From a virus (taxonomy: Duplodnaviria > Caudoviricetes), in the IMG/VR virus record IMGVR_UViG_3300037200_000212, positions 1-63,344 of that record: a DNA stretch of 63,344 nucleotides, one strand, 5' to 3'. A program made the position numbers and the translations under genes. The notes below the pieces were generated by a model that saw only the letters and a list, made by a program, of their open reading frames with translations, was not told the origin of the DNA and did no database searches. Of this stretch, positions 30,166 through 40,496 are shown piece by piece (within the stretch, counting starts at the first letter, position 1; every line of letters starts with the position of its first letter).

Positions 30166-31687
30166 TTTCTTCCTCTTCTTTCATATATTGCTTATAAAAG
30201 GTCATATCTTTATCAGAAGCCCATATTAAAGAAGATTCTATCATATCTCTAGTCTCTTTAGTAATCTTATTTGCAATGGTGCTATTATTAAAATTAAGAC
30301 CAGGAGTATTCATAAGACCATATGCTGAGTTAATAACTATTTTACCAGCTTGTTCACGTGCAAGATAGTATGGGTCTTTGGTTTTTTCGTATTGTTCTTT
30401 AAGATCAAATCGTTCATAGGTAAAATGATGAACCATTTTATAGAAATTAGCTTCTGGATCTTTAATTGGGTCATAAAGCTTAAATCTTAAGACTTGTGAT
30501 GGATATGCGGACTTCAAATCGATTTTAATGACATTTGAATAGATTCCAGGAATTCCAAAGCTAATACCTCCCTTTACTTTTTCTAATGCAGAAGCTTTTG
30601 GAATACTATGACCAAATTGAATATAACTTCTTAAAAGGAATGAATTTAGTTGCGAACCAGTGGCCGATTCTGTTAATGCTTGAAAAGACTTGGGAATACT
30701 ATTTGCAAGATAGAATTGAGCGGGAACCATTAAATCAAATAGAGCTAATGCATCATCAGAGTCATCTTTGCAGTATTCTTTGATTTTTTCCCATTCTATT
30801 GGATCTTTATAATTGAAACGTATTTTAGAAGCATCATAGAACACCCTATTAGCCTTTTCTAGCCCTTCTTGCTTGATAATCTGTTTGAGACCATAGCTTA
30901 TATACTTTTTAGTCGCCATGTCATGATTAATGCTTAAAAACATGGTATCTACAATCTCTCGGCCATAAATATGAGATTTAAAGTAATGAATATCTCTTGA
31001 ACCATCTACTCGTTTCTTCGATTCTTTATGTTTAACAGTCATTATAGATTCATTTCGGCCAAGTTTTAAATCAACAAAATACTTATCTGCAATGAATTTT
31101 ATATAATGAAGATCAAATCCATTAATATTGTGCCCTATTAAAATAGAAGGGTCCATTTTACAAACCCATTTGCACCAATTTGATAACATATCAGCTTCAT
31201 CTGCATAATCATCATATGCAAAAAGTTTTTTAGTAATAATTCCATTTTTTCTAAAAGTATTAGATATTAAAAGAATTTTTGCATTTTGATCATGAAATAA
31301 ACCAATGGTTTCAATGTCAAAACTTAATATTGAAATGTCTTTTGGTTTTAATCCTTTGTAATAAGTTAGACCTTTTAAAACCATTGAGGACTCTTTATTA
31401 TCATAAATTACGAATATATCCTTTTGGATATAATGGTTTTTAAATGCGTATAGATCTCTTTTATTAGTGAATTGCTTTCCCCATTTGTAATGAGATTCAC
31501 CTTTTAATCTTTTAAAACCACCAAGATCTTCATTACAAACAAGCCAGAATCTATTAGGAATTTCTTTACTAATGACTTCTCCGTTTTCATCTTGGATAAA
31601 AAGTTCCATACAATCATTATTTGATTCGAGACTAACTATTCGTTCTGTTGGATTTTTACCAAATATTAAAGAATTATCTATTTGCAT
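30149..31687 (-). CDS. Family B DNA polymerase, N-terminal subunit (exonuclease, motifs A and B)
   Basis: FDIET, GHNINGFD, YCKDD, DLKSAYPS, KIVINSAYG; ends before motif C. Confidence 0.9.
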   Translation of the reverse strand: MQIDNSLIFGKNPTERIVSLESNNDCMELFIQDENGEVISKEIPNRFWLVCNEDLGGFKRLKGESHYKWGKQFTNKRDLYAFKNHYIQKDIFVIYDNKESSMVLKGLTYYKGLKPKDISILSFDIETIGLFHDQNAKILLISNTFRKNGIITKKLFAYDDYADEADMLSNWCKWVCKMDPSILIGHNINGFDLHYIKFIADKYFVDLKLGRNESIMTVKHKESKKRVDGSRDIHYFKSHIYGREIVDTMFLSINHDMATKKYISYGLKQIIKQEGLEKANRVFYDASKIRFNYKDPIEWEKIKEYCKDDSDDALALFDLMVPAQFYLANSIPKSFQALTESATGSQLNSFLLRSYIQFGHSIPKASALEKVKGGISFGIPGIYSNVIKIDLKSAYPSQVLRFKLYDPIKDPEANFYKMVHHFTYERFDLKEQYEKTKDPYYLAREQAGKIVINSAYGLMNTPGLNFNNSTIANKITKETRDMIESSLIWASDKDMTFYKQYMKEEEENDSTF

Positions 31688-32129
31688 ATTTGACCAAGGC
31701 TTTTATTTGATCTTCATTTAATAAACGAAATAATTCGGGAATATCTGGATGCAATTCATCTTCCAAATCAATAACTTCTTCTGATTCCAATGATTGTTTA
31801 TAAAGTTCGTATTCAGCTTTTAAAAACTCGTAATTATAATATTTTAAAGGTTTGGCCCAAGAATTTATAAATAGAAGACAAATAGCCATTGGTAAATAAC
31901 CATCTGATGCTTCATAATCTTTATTATAAGTATTTAGCGTCACTTTACAAAATTGAAAATTTAATTGTTTTTTGAAATCAATGTTAAATCCGCAAGGGTT
32001 TTGATCCACGAATTTTGATAATAATATAAAAGCGCTAGAGGCATTAGTAGAATATTTCTTTCTACTAAGATTTAAATATTTTGCAATTAATTTATCGACG
32101 AATGGTCCTGGTTTGATTTCATTCTTCAT
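31674..32129 (-). CDS. Phage ABA-sandwich-like domain protein
   Basis: D.LIA...YSTN.S.AF.L...PMAICL pattern. Confidence 0.4.
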   Translation of the reverse strand: MKNEIKPGPFVDKLIAKYLNLSRKKYSTNASSAFILLSKFVDQNPCGFNIDFKKQLNFQFCKVTLNTYNKDYEASDGYLPMAICLLFINSWAKPLKYYNYEFLKAEYELYKQSLESEEVIDLEDELHPDIPELFRLLNEDQIKALVKYANR

Positions 32130-32299
32130 CTTTAAAATCCGTTTTGATATGATCTATTGCATGACCAAACTTTTCCATGAGTATTTTAAAAGATGCTAAA
32201 AGAAAATCGCGATGTTCTTTTCCTAATTGTTTTTCAATAGAATCATATTGAACACCAATTTCATTATGGATATATTTAAATAAATGATCTAAAGAATCA

Positions 32300-32581
32300 T
32301 TAATATTTTTTTCCATATAGGTCAAAAAGTCCTTTCAATTCTTCTGGATCTAAACATTCAACAATTATAGCATAATCTTCTAATAATTCGCTATGATCAA
32401 ATTGAATTAATGCATAAACTCCTTGAATTCTTTCATAAATAGGAATATTTTTGTAAGATTCTTTTGACAATAGGACATAAATGTGGTCGCTTTGATATGA
32501 CACTTCTAAATAATCGGGGACTTCATGTTCAATGAGAGAACATTCGATAAGAGTTAATAAAGAATTAATTTCAGGAGTCAA
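32300..32581 (-). CDS. BolA-like protein
   Basis: HIYVLLSKESYKNIPIYERIQGVYALI...IVECLDPEE aligns by eye to the BolA pattern H..V...S..F......R...VY..L...TPEE. Confidence 0.45.
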   Translation of the reverse strand: MTPEINSLLTLIECSLIEHEVPDYLEVSYQSDHIYVLLSKESYKNIPIYERIQGVYALIQFDHSELLEDYAIIVECLDPEELKGLFDLYGKKY

Positions 32582-32892
32582 TTTATATCCTCTTTTTTTG
32601 GATCTGGCATAGATTGTAATATTTCTTCTAATACATTTGTTTCTTGTTTTACTGAAATATGTACAACATGTGATTTTCTAACGGCACTATTGATTTCGTT
32701 AATAGAATGACCTAAATATAAATAATCATTGTCAATATCTAATAATATTCCTTCGTAAAGAATTGGCATGGATTCAACTTGATTTCCTTGATCATCTTGA
32801 AATCCAACATTGGCATTCAAAGAAGTGGTTATGGTAACTAATTGACCACCAAATGCTAATAGAAATGTGCTAAGTATCTCTTCTTTTACCAT
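32578..32892 (-). CDS. Possible Sm/Hfq-like fold protein
   Basis: G..VTI...YEGILLDIDNDYLYL...AVRKSHVVHI. Confidence 0.3.
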   Translation of the reverse strand: MVKEEILSTFLLAFGGQLVTITTSLNANVGFQDDQGNQVESMPILYEGILLDIDNDYLYLGHSINEINSAVRKSHVVHISVKQETNVLEEILQSMPDPKKEDIN

Positions 32893-34826
32893 TCTTGTAA
32901 TCCATTATCTTTACCATTCTTTTCATCTAAGATGCGTTGCCTTAAAGAAATGAGATCTGAACGCTCAGTGGGAGTCAAGGTTCGTACTTCTCCTTTGTAA
33001 CCGTACCAAGCAAGATCTATTGAAAAAATGCTGCCCATGCGGTTTTTAACACAATTCATGGATACATATTTATCATCTTCTGGTTTTCGAGGATTAAAAC
33101 CAGGACGACTTACACCAAACATTAAACTCACCGATTGTTCAATTCCTGATCCACCTTTTGCTGCTCTATATGACGTAATTTCTGTAGAGGGATCTCCTGT
33201 TAGTTTTGAAGGCTGAAAAAGACTTAATATACAAATTTGTTCATTTGAAGCAAGAGCACGGATATTTTGAGCGGTTTTATTGGAAGATTGAGTTGGATCT
33301 GCAACATCTGTTATTACTAGTTCATTATAATCTATTACAACAAATTTACATTTTTTTCCACGAGCTTGTTCAACTTCACGAATTGTATCTCTAATATCAT
33401 CAATTGTTTGACCACTTTCTGCACAAAATTCAACGTTGGGATATTCTTTTGTAATTAGTTCTTCAACTTTTTGAACATATTCATGATCATTATTTTTATA
33501 TTTAGTAAAAACTTCTTCAATATCATCTGACCAATGTTTTTGAATGATTTTTTGAACGACATGTGGAAGATACATATCGTATGAGAAATAGATGCAAAGT
33601 TCTCCGTTTAAAGACATGCTATGAAGCATTTGAAGGGCTAAACTAGTTTTTCCAACACCCGGAGCTGCAATAATTCCCCAAGACATTCCAACTGTAATAC
33701 GTTGTCTTTTATCCAATTCTTCTATTCCAGTTTTTAAAGTAAGTTTATCTATGTTTTGTGCATATCCTCTTAGGACTTTAAGACCACCTCTAATTCCCAC
33801 CGTATTACTTGTTGTGAGTTCTTTAATTCCAAGTTCATCGGATTTTTTCTGAAGAAATGCGTCCTCTTTTTCTGAATATTGTCCACCCTTCCATGAATCG
33901 CTATATACTTGTTCAATTTTTCTCCATAAATCTTCTTTCGTAAAAGAACCTTCTCCATAACGCTCCCAGGATTTTTTAAGTGCTGATTTGCACATGTAAT
34001 AGGTTGTGATTTTATCATAGCCATTAGCTTTACAAGTCGCGGCTAGAATCATCATTGAATTATCTCTTTCGCCTCCTTTGAAGAATCCTTGCATCAATGC
34101 CCATTTAGAAGCTTTCCATCCTCGAGGTTTATTATTAAGATCAAATTCGGCCTCAGCATTTGTTTTGAATTCTTGTTTAACTTCTTTTACTTCAAAAAGA
34201 TCTTCATTAAGATTAACTTGAGTAATTTCTTTTAAAGGAAATCTAACATCTAATAATAGAGGATTTTTTGCAATTTGGAATAGATCAACAAATTTAATAG
34301 TTTTTAATTCTTCAAAGCTTATTTCGGTTTTATAATAATCTGATGATTGATGTTTTGTTCCGGGAACTCTTAATATTTGGCTTTCATCATAAAGAGTAGT
34401 ATCAAATGTTTGCAAATCTCTTGCAAATTTTAAAGCAACGGCTTCAACTTGTTTTCGATTGATTTCTTTATTTACATGCAAAATAACATTAAAACCCTTA
34501 TTTCCACTGAAAAATATATCTAATGAACTGGGATTTATATTTTCAGCTTTTAAACGTTCTACAAGTGTTATAGCATCTTTTCTGGCAAGCTTTAGATCAT
34601 CTTTTGAATCAAAATCCCACCAAATTTTTTGAGTCAGAACATCTTTAATTCCTTTAATGGAACCAGTTGTTTGAAAAGTATTGAAATGTTCTTGATTGTA
34701 AAAATAGGTAGAAACATAGTGATCAATTGTTCGGTCTTTTATATTTTGATAAACATCTTCTGGTTTTACTAAAATTCCTTTATTATTCAGAGTTTTTGTT
34801 AGACGAACGAATTTAGACATTTGCAT
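32886..34826 (-). CDS. AEP primase - SF4 (DnaB-like) helicase fusion
   Basis: WWDFDS, FSGNKGF, YD..QILRVPGTKH; Walker A AAPGVGKT, VVIDY, KNRMG. Confidence 0.85.
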   Translation of the reverse strand: MQMSKFVRLTKTLNNKGILVKPEDVYQNIKDRTIDHYVSTYFYNQEHFNTFQTTGSIKGIKDVLTQKIWWDFDSKDDLKLARKDAITLVERLKAENINPSSLDIFFSGNKGFNVILHVNKEINRKQVEAVALKFARDLQTFDTTLYDESQILRVPGTKHQSSDYYKTEISFEELKTIKFVDLFQIAKNPLLLDVRFPLKEITQVNLNEDLFEVKEVKQEFKTNAEAEFDLNNKPRGWKASKWALMQGFFKGGERDNSMMILAATCKANGYDKITTYYMCKSALKKSWERYGEGSFTKEDLWRKIEQVYSDSWKGGQYSEKEDAFLQKKSDELGIKELTTSNTVGIRGGLKVLRGYAQNIDKLTLKTGIEELDKRQRITVGMSWGIIAAPGVGKTSLALQMLHSMSLNGELCIYFSYDMYLPHVVQKIIQKHWSDDIEEVFTKYKNNDHEYVQKVEELITKEYPNVEFCAESGQTIDDIRDTIREVEQARGKKCKFVVIDYNELVITDVADPTQSSNKTAQNIRALASNEQICILSLFQPSKLTGDPSTEITSYRAAKGGSGIEQSVSLMFGVSRPGFNPRKPEDDKYVSMNCVKNRMGSIFSIDLAWYGYKGEVRTLTPTERSDLISLRQRILDEKNGKDNGLQEW

Positions 34827-34913
34827 TAGGTCCTCTTTTTGTTAAAGAGATATAAAATAAGGATCTACCCCTCTACAGTCTCAGCGGACTTTTTATATCA
34901 GCGAAGATTTATT

Positions 34914-35201
34914 CTAGTAGTTATCGTCTAAAATTTCAACGTTAAAAAGAAGTTTTCCACCAAATTTATCGGCAATGTTTAATTCTTCGCCTTCTTTATT
35001 TTTTGGAACGGAAAGGAATAGTTTGCCATTTTCAACTTGTTTCGTGGTTCCATCTGCATTTGTTACTTTGAGTTTTGTTGTAAAACGATATTTTTCATCA
35101 CCAAATGTTTTACCAAGCTCAAGACAATAATATTCATTGCCTTTCTTACTCTTTTTTTTCCAAATAGTTCCTACTTTTGTATTAGTCTTTTTTTGTTCCA
35201 T
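34914..35201 (-). CDS. Small putative ssDNA-binding (DUF736-like) protein
   Basis: VGTIWKKKSKKGNEY..L motif; located between ERF and primase-helicase. Confidence 0.35.
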   Translation of the reverse strand: MEQKKTNTKVGTIWKKKSKKGNEYYCLELGKTFGDEKYRFTTKLKVTNADGTTKQVENGKLFLSVPKNKEGEELNIADKFGGKLLFNVEILDDNY

Positions 35202-35796
35202 TTTCTTTCCCTTCTAAATCATTATTTTGCATATATTCAACAACCGTATAATTTACCATCATTGCTTTTGTATATAATAGCATATTTGCTGTTGCATATG
35301 CATCTTTTTCTACTTTTTTTCTTTTATTAAATTCTTTCATTTCATGTGGTGGTTTTAAAACGTCGTCAATGGTTTTGGGAGGAACATTATGATCTACATT
35401 TTGAATAGCTTTAATGTATTTATTAGAATATAATGCATTGAAAAGATTAAAAAATGCTTCTTCATCTTTGCTAAATTGCTTGATTTCTTCCTTTGTTCTT
35501 TCTAGTCCTTCTTCAAAAACATTAGTTAATGATCTTAAAATGGAGTTTAGATTCAATTTATTTGCAAGACCTAATACTTTTGAAACATCTTTTGAATCAT
35601 TATATTCGGAACGAACAAGACTTCCTAATAGTCTTATTAAATCCTTTTTACTCATGAATTTAATCTGATTATTAAATCTATGAATATATAGATGAAAGAA
35701 TTCAGCATAAATTCCCAATGATTTTTGAGCTGCTAATTCTCGATCTATTAGTTCTTTTTCAACTTGTTCGGGAGTGGGAAGTATTTCTTCAGACAT
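35182..35796 (-). CDS. Hypothetical protein
   Basis: 204 aa helical ORF in operon. Confidence 0.5.
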   Translation of the reverse strand: MSEEILPTPEQVEKELIDRELAAQKSLGIYAEFFHLYIHRFNNQIKFMSKKDLIRLLGSLVRSEYNDSKDVSKVLGLANKLNLNSILRSLTNVFEEGLERTKEEIKQFSKDEEAFFNLFNALYSNKYIKAIQNVDHNVPPKTIDDVLKPPHEMKEFNKRKKVEKDAYATANMLLYTKAMMVNYTVVEYMQNNDLEGKENGTKKD

Positions 35797-36131
35797 TATT
35801 CGTATGTTCCTTCTCGTCGAGTTTCATCTAATGTCAAACCAGTTTGAGGATCTACTGATTTTACATTAGGATCTGCTAAAATCTCATTTAATTCTTTGGC
35901 TTTCTTTTCAGCTTCTTCTTGTTCTTTTTTAGCAATTAATTCATGCATTACAGTTTCAATTTCTGCAAGAGTTTGGTATTTAACTCCTTTATATTTTCTT
36001 TCGGTTCCATCTTTTAATTTTTCAGTCATTTCTGCCGGATAACCTCTTTTATAAAGCTTATTATAAGCATGTGGTTTTCCAAAAGCTTTTACTGATAGCA
36101 TTTCCAACTGTTTTCGATCTTCGAATTTCAT
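35796..36131 (-). CDS. Hypothetical protein
   Basis: 111 aa ORF, TAATG-coupled. Confidence 0.5.
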   Translation of the reverse strand: MKFEDRKQLEMLSVKAFGKPHAYNKLYKRGYPAEMTEKLKDGTERKYKGVKYQTLAEIETVMHELIAKKEQEEAEKKAKELNEILADPNVKSVDPQTGLTLDETRREGTYE

Positions 36132-36706
36132 TACCAGTCATCTCCTGCTTCTACTTCTGATACAGGACTTGTTGGTGTTACTTTAGCTTTTGTTCCATTT
36201 GTTGTAGTTTGTTGAGCGGCTGAATTATTAGCCGCGTTATCATTTATTGCTTGTTGAAGTTGAGTATTTTTGTTAAAAGAGGACTTTGTAACAGTTGGTT
36301 TTGCAGGTTCTGTTCGTTTCATTGTTGATTCTGCATCATCATCTACTGCACCAATATTTGCAAACGATTGAAGACCGTAACGTCTTGCATAACTAATTCC
36401 TGAACCTTCGGATTGTGCATCACCTTTTGTATTCTTAATTTCGGTCAAAGAAGCGAGATATTCTCCTGATACATGCAAGAGAAGTGTTTGAACGTAATTT
36501 TTACCGTCTAAAGTAACTGTTGGTTGTAATACACTAATACCATATTTATTAAAAGCTGGAATAGCTACTTCTCTTACTGCATTAAGATCTGCATAAGAAC
36601 TCTTAAAGAATGGATTCTTTGAATCCTTTTTCGCATCTCCCATATCTTTTTGAGCTGCAAGTAATGAAGGGGCAATAATTGCAATACTTTCTGACATACT
36701 TTTCAT
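36131..36706 (-). CDS. ERF-family ssDNA-annealing protein
   Basis: KDSKNPFFKSSYADL, LHVSGEY, Q..GSGISYARRY.L, DDD. Confidence 0.9.
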   Translation of the reverse strand: MKSMSESIAIIAPSLLAAQKDMGDAKKDSKNPFFKSSYADLNAVREVAIPAFNKYGISVLQPTVTLDGKNYVQTLLLHVSGEYLASLTEIKNTKGDAQSEGSGISYARRYGLQSFANIGAVDDDAESTMKRTEPAKPTVTKSSFNKNTQLQQAINDNAANNSAAQQTTTNGTKAKVTPTSPVSEVEAGDDW

Positions 36707-36866
36707 TTTTTAACTCCTAATTCAATAATCTTTTTACTAACTAAATTAACAAATAATAAACTAAAAACAATTAAAGCATCCATTGGATTAACTCTGAATG
36801 CTAAATCGCCTAAAAAGAACCAAACAAATGTTCCGGTTATAATCTGAAGTACTAATGCAAAAGCTA

Positions 36867-37262
36867 TCAAACTGGACTCATTAATTTTACGCCAGCAACC
36901 ATTTTGAAACGTTCAACAATTTCAATACGATCTGTATGTTCTTCTACAATTTCAATGGGACCAATGGTTTTTGTTTTATAATCAAATGGAAATTGAATTA
37001 AAATCCATCTTTGATTTTCTGGATTACGAACGATACTAAGTGCTAAATTATTAAGTTCAAGTGGAACTTCTTTTGGTTCAGCTGTAAAAGCTAGTGGTTC
37101 TCGATCAGGTGAAGAATAAAGATCGAGTGCTTCGCCTTCAGAAACCAAAGTATCCAAAGCTTGTGTTTGTTCTTCTGTAGGTTCTGTTGTTAAAGTAGTA
37201 AGGGTTTGATTTTTTCGTGGGCGACCCATTATTTTCTCCTTAATATAATTAAATAATTTCAT
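36867..37262 (-). CDS. Hypothetical protein
   Basis: ORF with MGRPRK start downstream of a GGAG RBS. Confidence 0.5.
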   Translation of the reverse strand: MKLFNYIKEKIMGRPRKNQTLTTLTTEPTEEQTQALDTLVSEGEALDLYSSPDREPLAFTAEPKEVPLELNNLALSIVRNPENQRWILIQFPFDYKTKTIGPIEIVEEHTDRIEIVERFKMVAGVKLMSPV

Positions 37263-37599
37263 ATATGATAACTTTTAATATTCTACCTTCATTTTTACTT
37301 AAATACAATCTTTTATTTTCAGCATCTTCATATGATTCATAAAAGTTGTATGGATAATGTTTTATCTCTTTATCGTATTGAATTATGTATTTAGTTACCT
37401 TTTGCTTTGACGATTTGTTCAATTTTGTCTTTAATGAATTTATCCAATATAACAAGTTCTTCATCGCTTAAATCAACTCCTGTGGAAATTTGACGGCCAA
37501 TAATGTAATACATATTATCACGGAATTGAGGATCTGCCCATAATTCTTCTTGATAATCATCCATCATCAATTGTATTTGATTTAATATTTCTAAAGAAG

Positions 37600-38271
37600 T
37601 CATTTCTTTTCACACATTTGTTTTAACATGCGGTTTGTTCTAAAAGCTGCGGCTTGACTGGTCCCAGTCATTACACCATATCTCCCTCCTGGAAAAAAAG
37701 AAGATATTCGAGTTCCTTCTTCCCAAACCATATTTGGCAATCCAAAACTGCTAGATTCATTTCGCTTATAACCATCGAGATTTCCTACGATTATTATATT
37801 TGAAAGTCCATAAGATGCTGGATAATAGTGCTGGATGTTTAAGTCTGAATTATTATTTCCAGCCGCGACTACAATAGTCGTTTTAATTTGTTTTAAAACA
37901 TCAAGTTCTAATGGACTAGGATCTGGACCTCCAGAAGAATAGTTAATAATATCAAAATGATCCGTAATGGCTCTTTTAAAGCATTTAATGGTATTATCTA
38001 TATTCTGTTTATTATTATTGTCAACATCATAATATTTGCAAGAAGTAAGTTCAACTTGTTTGCATGTATCTTTTAGAATGATTCCTGCGATATGAGTTCC
38101 ATGACCTTGTTGGTCTAGATAATCCGGATTTCCATTCCAATTTGACATATTAACGTGCTCACGGACCTCTGGATGCGTTAAATCGACACCTGAATCGATC
38201 TCTAGAACGCGTATTTGATCAGAAGCTAAAGTTATATGGGTAAAAAACAGTATAGCTAGTATAATCTTCAT
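37600..38271 (-). CDS. Secreted subtilisin-like (S8) serine protease
   Basis: Signal peptide MKIILAILFF; IDSGVD (Asp), GHGTHIAG (His), AAGN, GTSQAA (Ser). Confidence 0.85.
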   Translation of the reverse strand: MKIILAILFFTHITLASDQIRVLEIDSGVDLTHPEVREHVNMSNWNGNPDYLDQQGHGTHIAGIILKDTCKQVELTSCKYYDVDNNNKQNIDNTIKCFKRAITDHFDIINYSSGGPDPSPLELDVLKQIKTTIVVAAGNNNSDLNIQHYYPASYGLSNIIIVGNLDGYKRNESSSFGLPNMVWEEGTRISSFFPGGRYGVMTGTSQAAAFRTNRMLKQMCEKK

Positions 38272-38671
38272 TTGCATGAGGCTCTTCATATTCAGTAACA
38301 AATCTCCCAATAATCTCTCTAATCTTTTCATCTGAAGTACCATCTTTTATTGATGGATGGTTTTTTCTTTGTTTAATTCGTTTAAAAGCCAATTCAGGTT
38401 CTATTCTAAGTTCAACAAAACAAATATCAACAACTCCATGTTCTTTTGCAATATTAGTCCATATAGCTCTTTGTTTTCTATTAATATTAGTTCTATCTAT
38501 TATAACATTCTTTCCTTCAGAAAGTAATTCTTTTGTCTTTTTAATACATTTTTGTCTATTACCTAATAGATCTTGATTGACTACTTCATAATCTTTAAAA
38601 TCGCTTGCATAAGTACTTTTACCGGCTCCTGGAAGACCAATTAGTATCATCATATTCATTCTTTTTCCCAT
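38219..38671 (-). CDS. Polynucleotide kinase-like P-loop kinase (AAA_33)
   Basis: IGLPGAGKST, VNQD, IIDRTN...R, R..QR..HP. Confidence 0.8.
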   Translation of the reverse strand: MGKRMNMMILIGLPGAGKSTYASDFKDYEVVNQDLLGNRQKCIKKTKELLSEGKNVIIDRTNINRKQRAIWTNIAKEHGVVDICFVELRIEPELAFKRIKQRKNHPSIKDGTSDEKIREIIGRFVTEYEEPHANEDYTSYTVFYPYNFSF

Positions 38672-38883
38672 TCTGTTTTAGGTCCAAGAGTTAGGCCACC
38701 AGTTTCAGTTTCAAAAAAAGCAACGCCACCATGGTTTTTCTGTTTTGGTGGAAGCATACCTTCTGTTTCAATTCGTTTTAAAATCGCTTCAGCTATTTCT
38801 TGAGCAATACTCCAATTTGGCATACCTAAATCAGGATCAATTAATTCAGATGCTATAATTTGAATCATATCACTTCTTTTCAC
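38656..38883 (-). CDS. Small hypothetical protein (MKR..M...GMLPP family)
   Basis: GTG start at 38883; paralog of 45924-46148. Confidence 0.5.
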   Translation of the reverse strand: MKRSDMIQIIASELIDPDLGMPNWSIAQEIAEAILKRIETEGMLPPKQKNHGGVAFFETETGGLTLGPKTEWEKE

Positions 38884-39242
38884 AAAACATTCCATAAATG
38901 AAAAAACCAAAAGAATGCTAACATATTGAAAACCGAAACCACTACTGAAAACATTGCCGCCCATTTTGCAAATAATGATTCTTGTATTAGATCTTTTATT
39001 AAATCATTTTCCATATAATTCTCTTTTTAAAGTCTCTACAGCACATTTAAAACCTCGGTATTGATCTCCAGTAGCTAATGGTAACTCAGTTTCCAATGCT
39101 TTATTAACTCTTTCTACAAATTTAATTAGTTCCGGAATATCTTCTAAAAAAACCATATTAATAAGATCTTCATGCTTTGTATGGAATTTATCTCTCATTA
39201 ATAGTTCCAAATCAGTTTTAAGATTTTCTAGAATTTCTTGAG

Positions 39243-40229
39243 TCATTTCTTTTCCTTTATATAAAAATCAGGCGATCCTTCGTAGTAATCTTTATAAGGA
39301 CAATAGCCATATTTTCCTCTAACAGGATTATGCTCAGTTGCAAATTGTTCACTGCTTATTGCATTATTGGTTTTATCAAATAGTTCTAGCACTCTATTTT
39401 CATCTGATTCTTCGACTTTATTAAAAACGTATTGAATATCAACTGTTGGATTGATGGTTGTTTTAAATTCTCCATTGCATCTTTTTTCGGTTCTTTTGTC
39501 AATTTTTCCATCTGTTCCTGTAAAATATTCAATTATTTCCGGACATTTTTTATGAGAGCTATTATTAACTGTACCGCATTCGGTACACTTTTTTATCCTA
39601 TTTTTGTTAATTTTTTTAATAAGAACTATATAACCAATTCCTTCAAGTTTATATTCATGTTTTACTGCATAATGATATAATGGTAATTGTTGACCATCTT
39701 TTGCACTAAGAACATCATAGGGATTTGCAGATGATTTATTATCCATCAAATATGCTTTATCGTCTTCCCATTTAACTATTAGGTCTAAAAAGCCAGTAAT
39801 TTCGTCCCCATCATTGTTTTTGATACTAATTGGTTCTTGAACTGCAAATACTTTCTTAATCTTTGGCATAACTTCTTTATGATAAGCTTGTATAAACATT
39901 AGTCCTTTAAATAAAAGAGAACTCCAATTGTCGTCTTCATCAAAAATAGCAACTCCTCCTTTAAAATCGATTAGTTCTTGATCTAAATCACTTTTGAAAT
40001 AAACTATATTAGGATCTTTATAGTAACCATACCAACAGTTTTCAAATTCTTGCAATGCTTTTTCTAAATCTTTTGTAATAAGAAGTTTATTTAATGCAAG
40101 ATCCAATGCGCTTCCAAATACTAATGCGCTAGAAGTTTTAATTGGGCGAACGTTTTGTTTATAATGCAAAAAATAGCAATATGAACATTGGTTATAAAGA
40201 TTGACTGCAGTATTAGAAAGCTTTGTCAT
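39243..40229 (-). CDS. PD-(D/E)XK exonuclease (Cas4/RecB-like)
   Basis: LS.T...Y.QC, FGSA.D, E, GFLDL, DNKSS, QL.LY, CPY. Confidence 0.8.
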   Translation of the reverse strand: MTKLSNTAVNLYNQCSYCYFLHYKQNVRPIKTSSALVFGSALDLALNKLLITKDLEKALQEFENCWYGYYKDPNIVYFKSDLDQELIDFKGGVAIFDEDDNWSSLLFKGLMFIQAYHKEVMPKIKKVFAVQEPISIKNNDGDEITGFLDLIVKWEDDKAYLMDNKSSANPYDVLSAKDGQQLPLYHYAVKHEYKLEGIGYIVLIKKINKNRIKKCTECGTVNNSSHKKCPEIIEYFTGTDGKIDKRTEKRCNGEFKTTINPTVDIQYVFNKVEESDENRVLELFDKTNNAISSEQFATEHNPVRGKYGYCPYKDYYEGSPDFYIKEKK

Positions 40230-40496
40230 TTAATATGGCCAAGTATCTACATATTTTACAACAGGATATTTTCCATCAATTTTTTCATTCCATTCAATAA
40301 GAGAAGGCCTTTTATGACCACCACATCTAATGTATTCTCTTCCACCATCTATCATGGTTTCATTTGGACAACCACATGTTTTATAATCATGAACGTGAAA
40401 GCTGAACATTCGTTTTTTGCAATCTGGACATTCGACTCCTGAAATGATTACTTTTGCTTTGGAAGCTTTTTTCTTGGTGGTTTTCTTTTTGGTCAT
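40230..40496 (-). CDS. Small Zn-binding protein
   Basis: CPDC...S.H.HDY.TCGC....DGGREY. Confidence 0.55.
   Translation of the reverse strand: MTKKKTTKKKASKAKVIISGVECPDCKKRMFSFHVHDYKTCGCPNETMIDGGREYIRCGGHKRPSLIEWNEKIDGKYPVVKYVDTWPY

Noticed and set aside
39243-40229. Cas4-like nuclease as evidence of a CRISPR-Cas system
   Set aside because: No array or other cas genes; it lies near ERF as an ordinary recombination exonuclease
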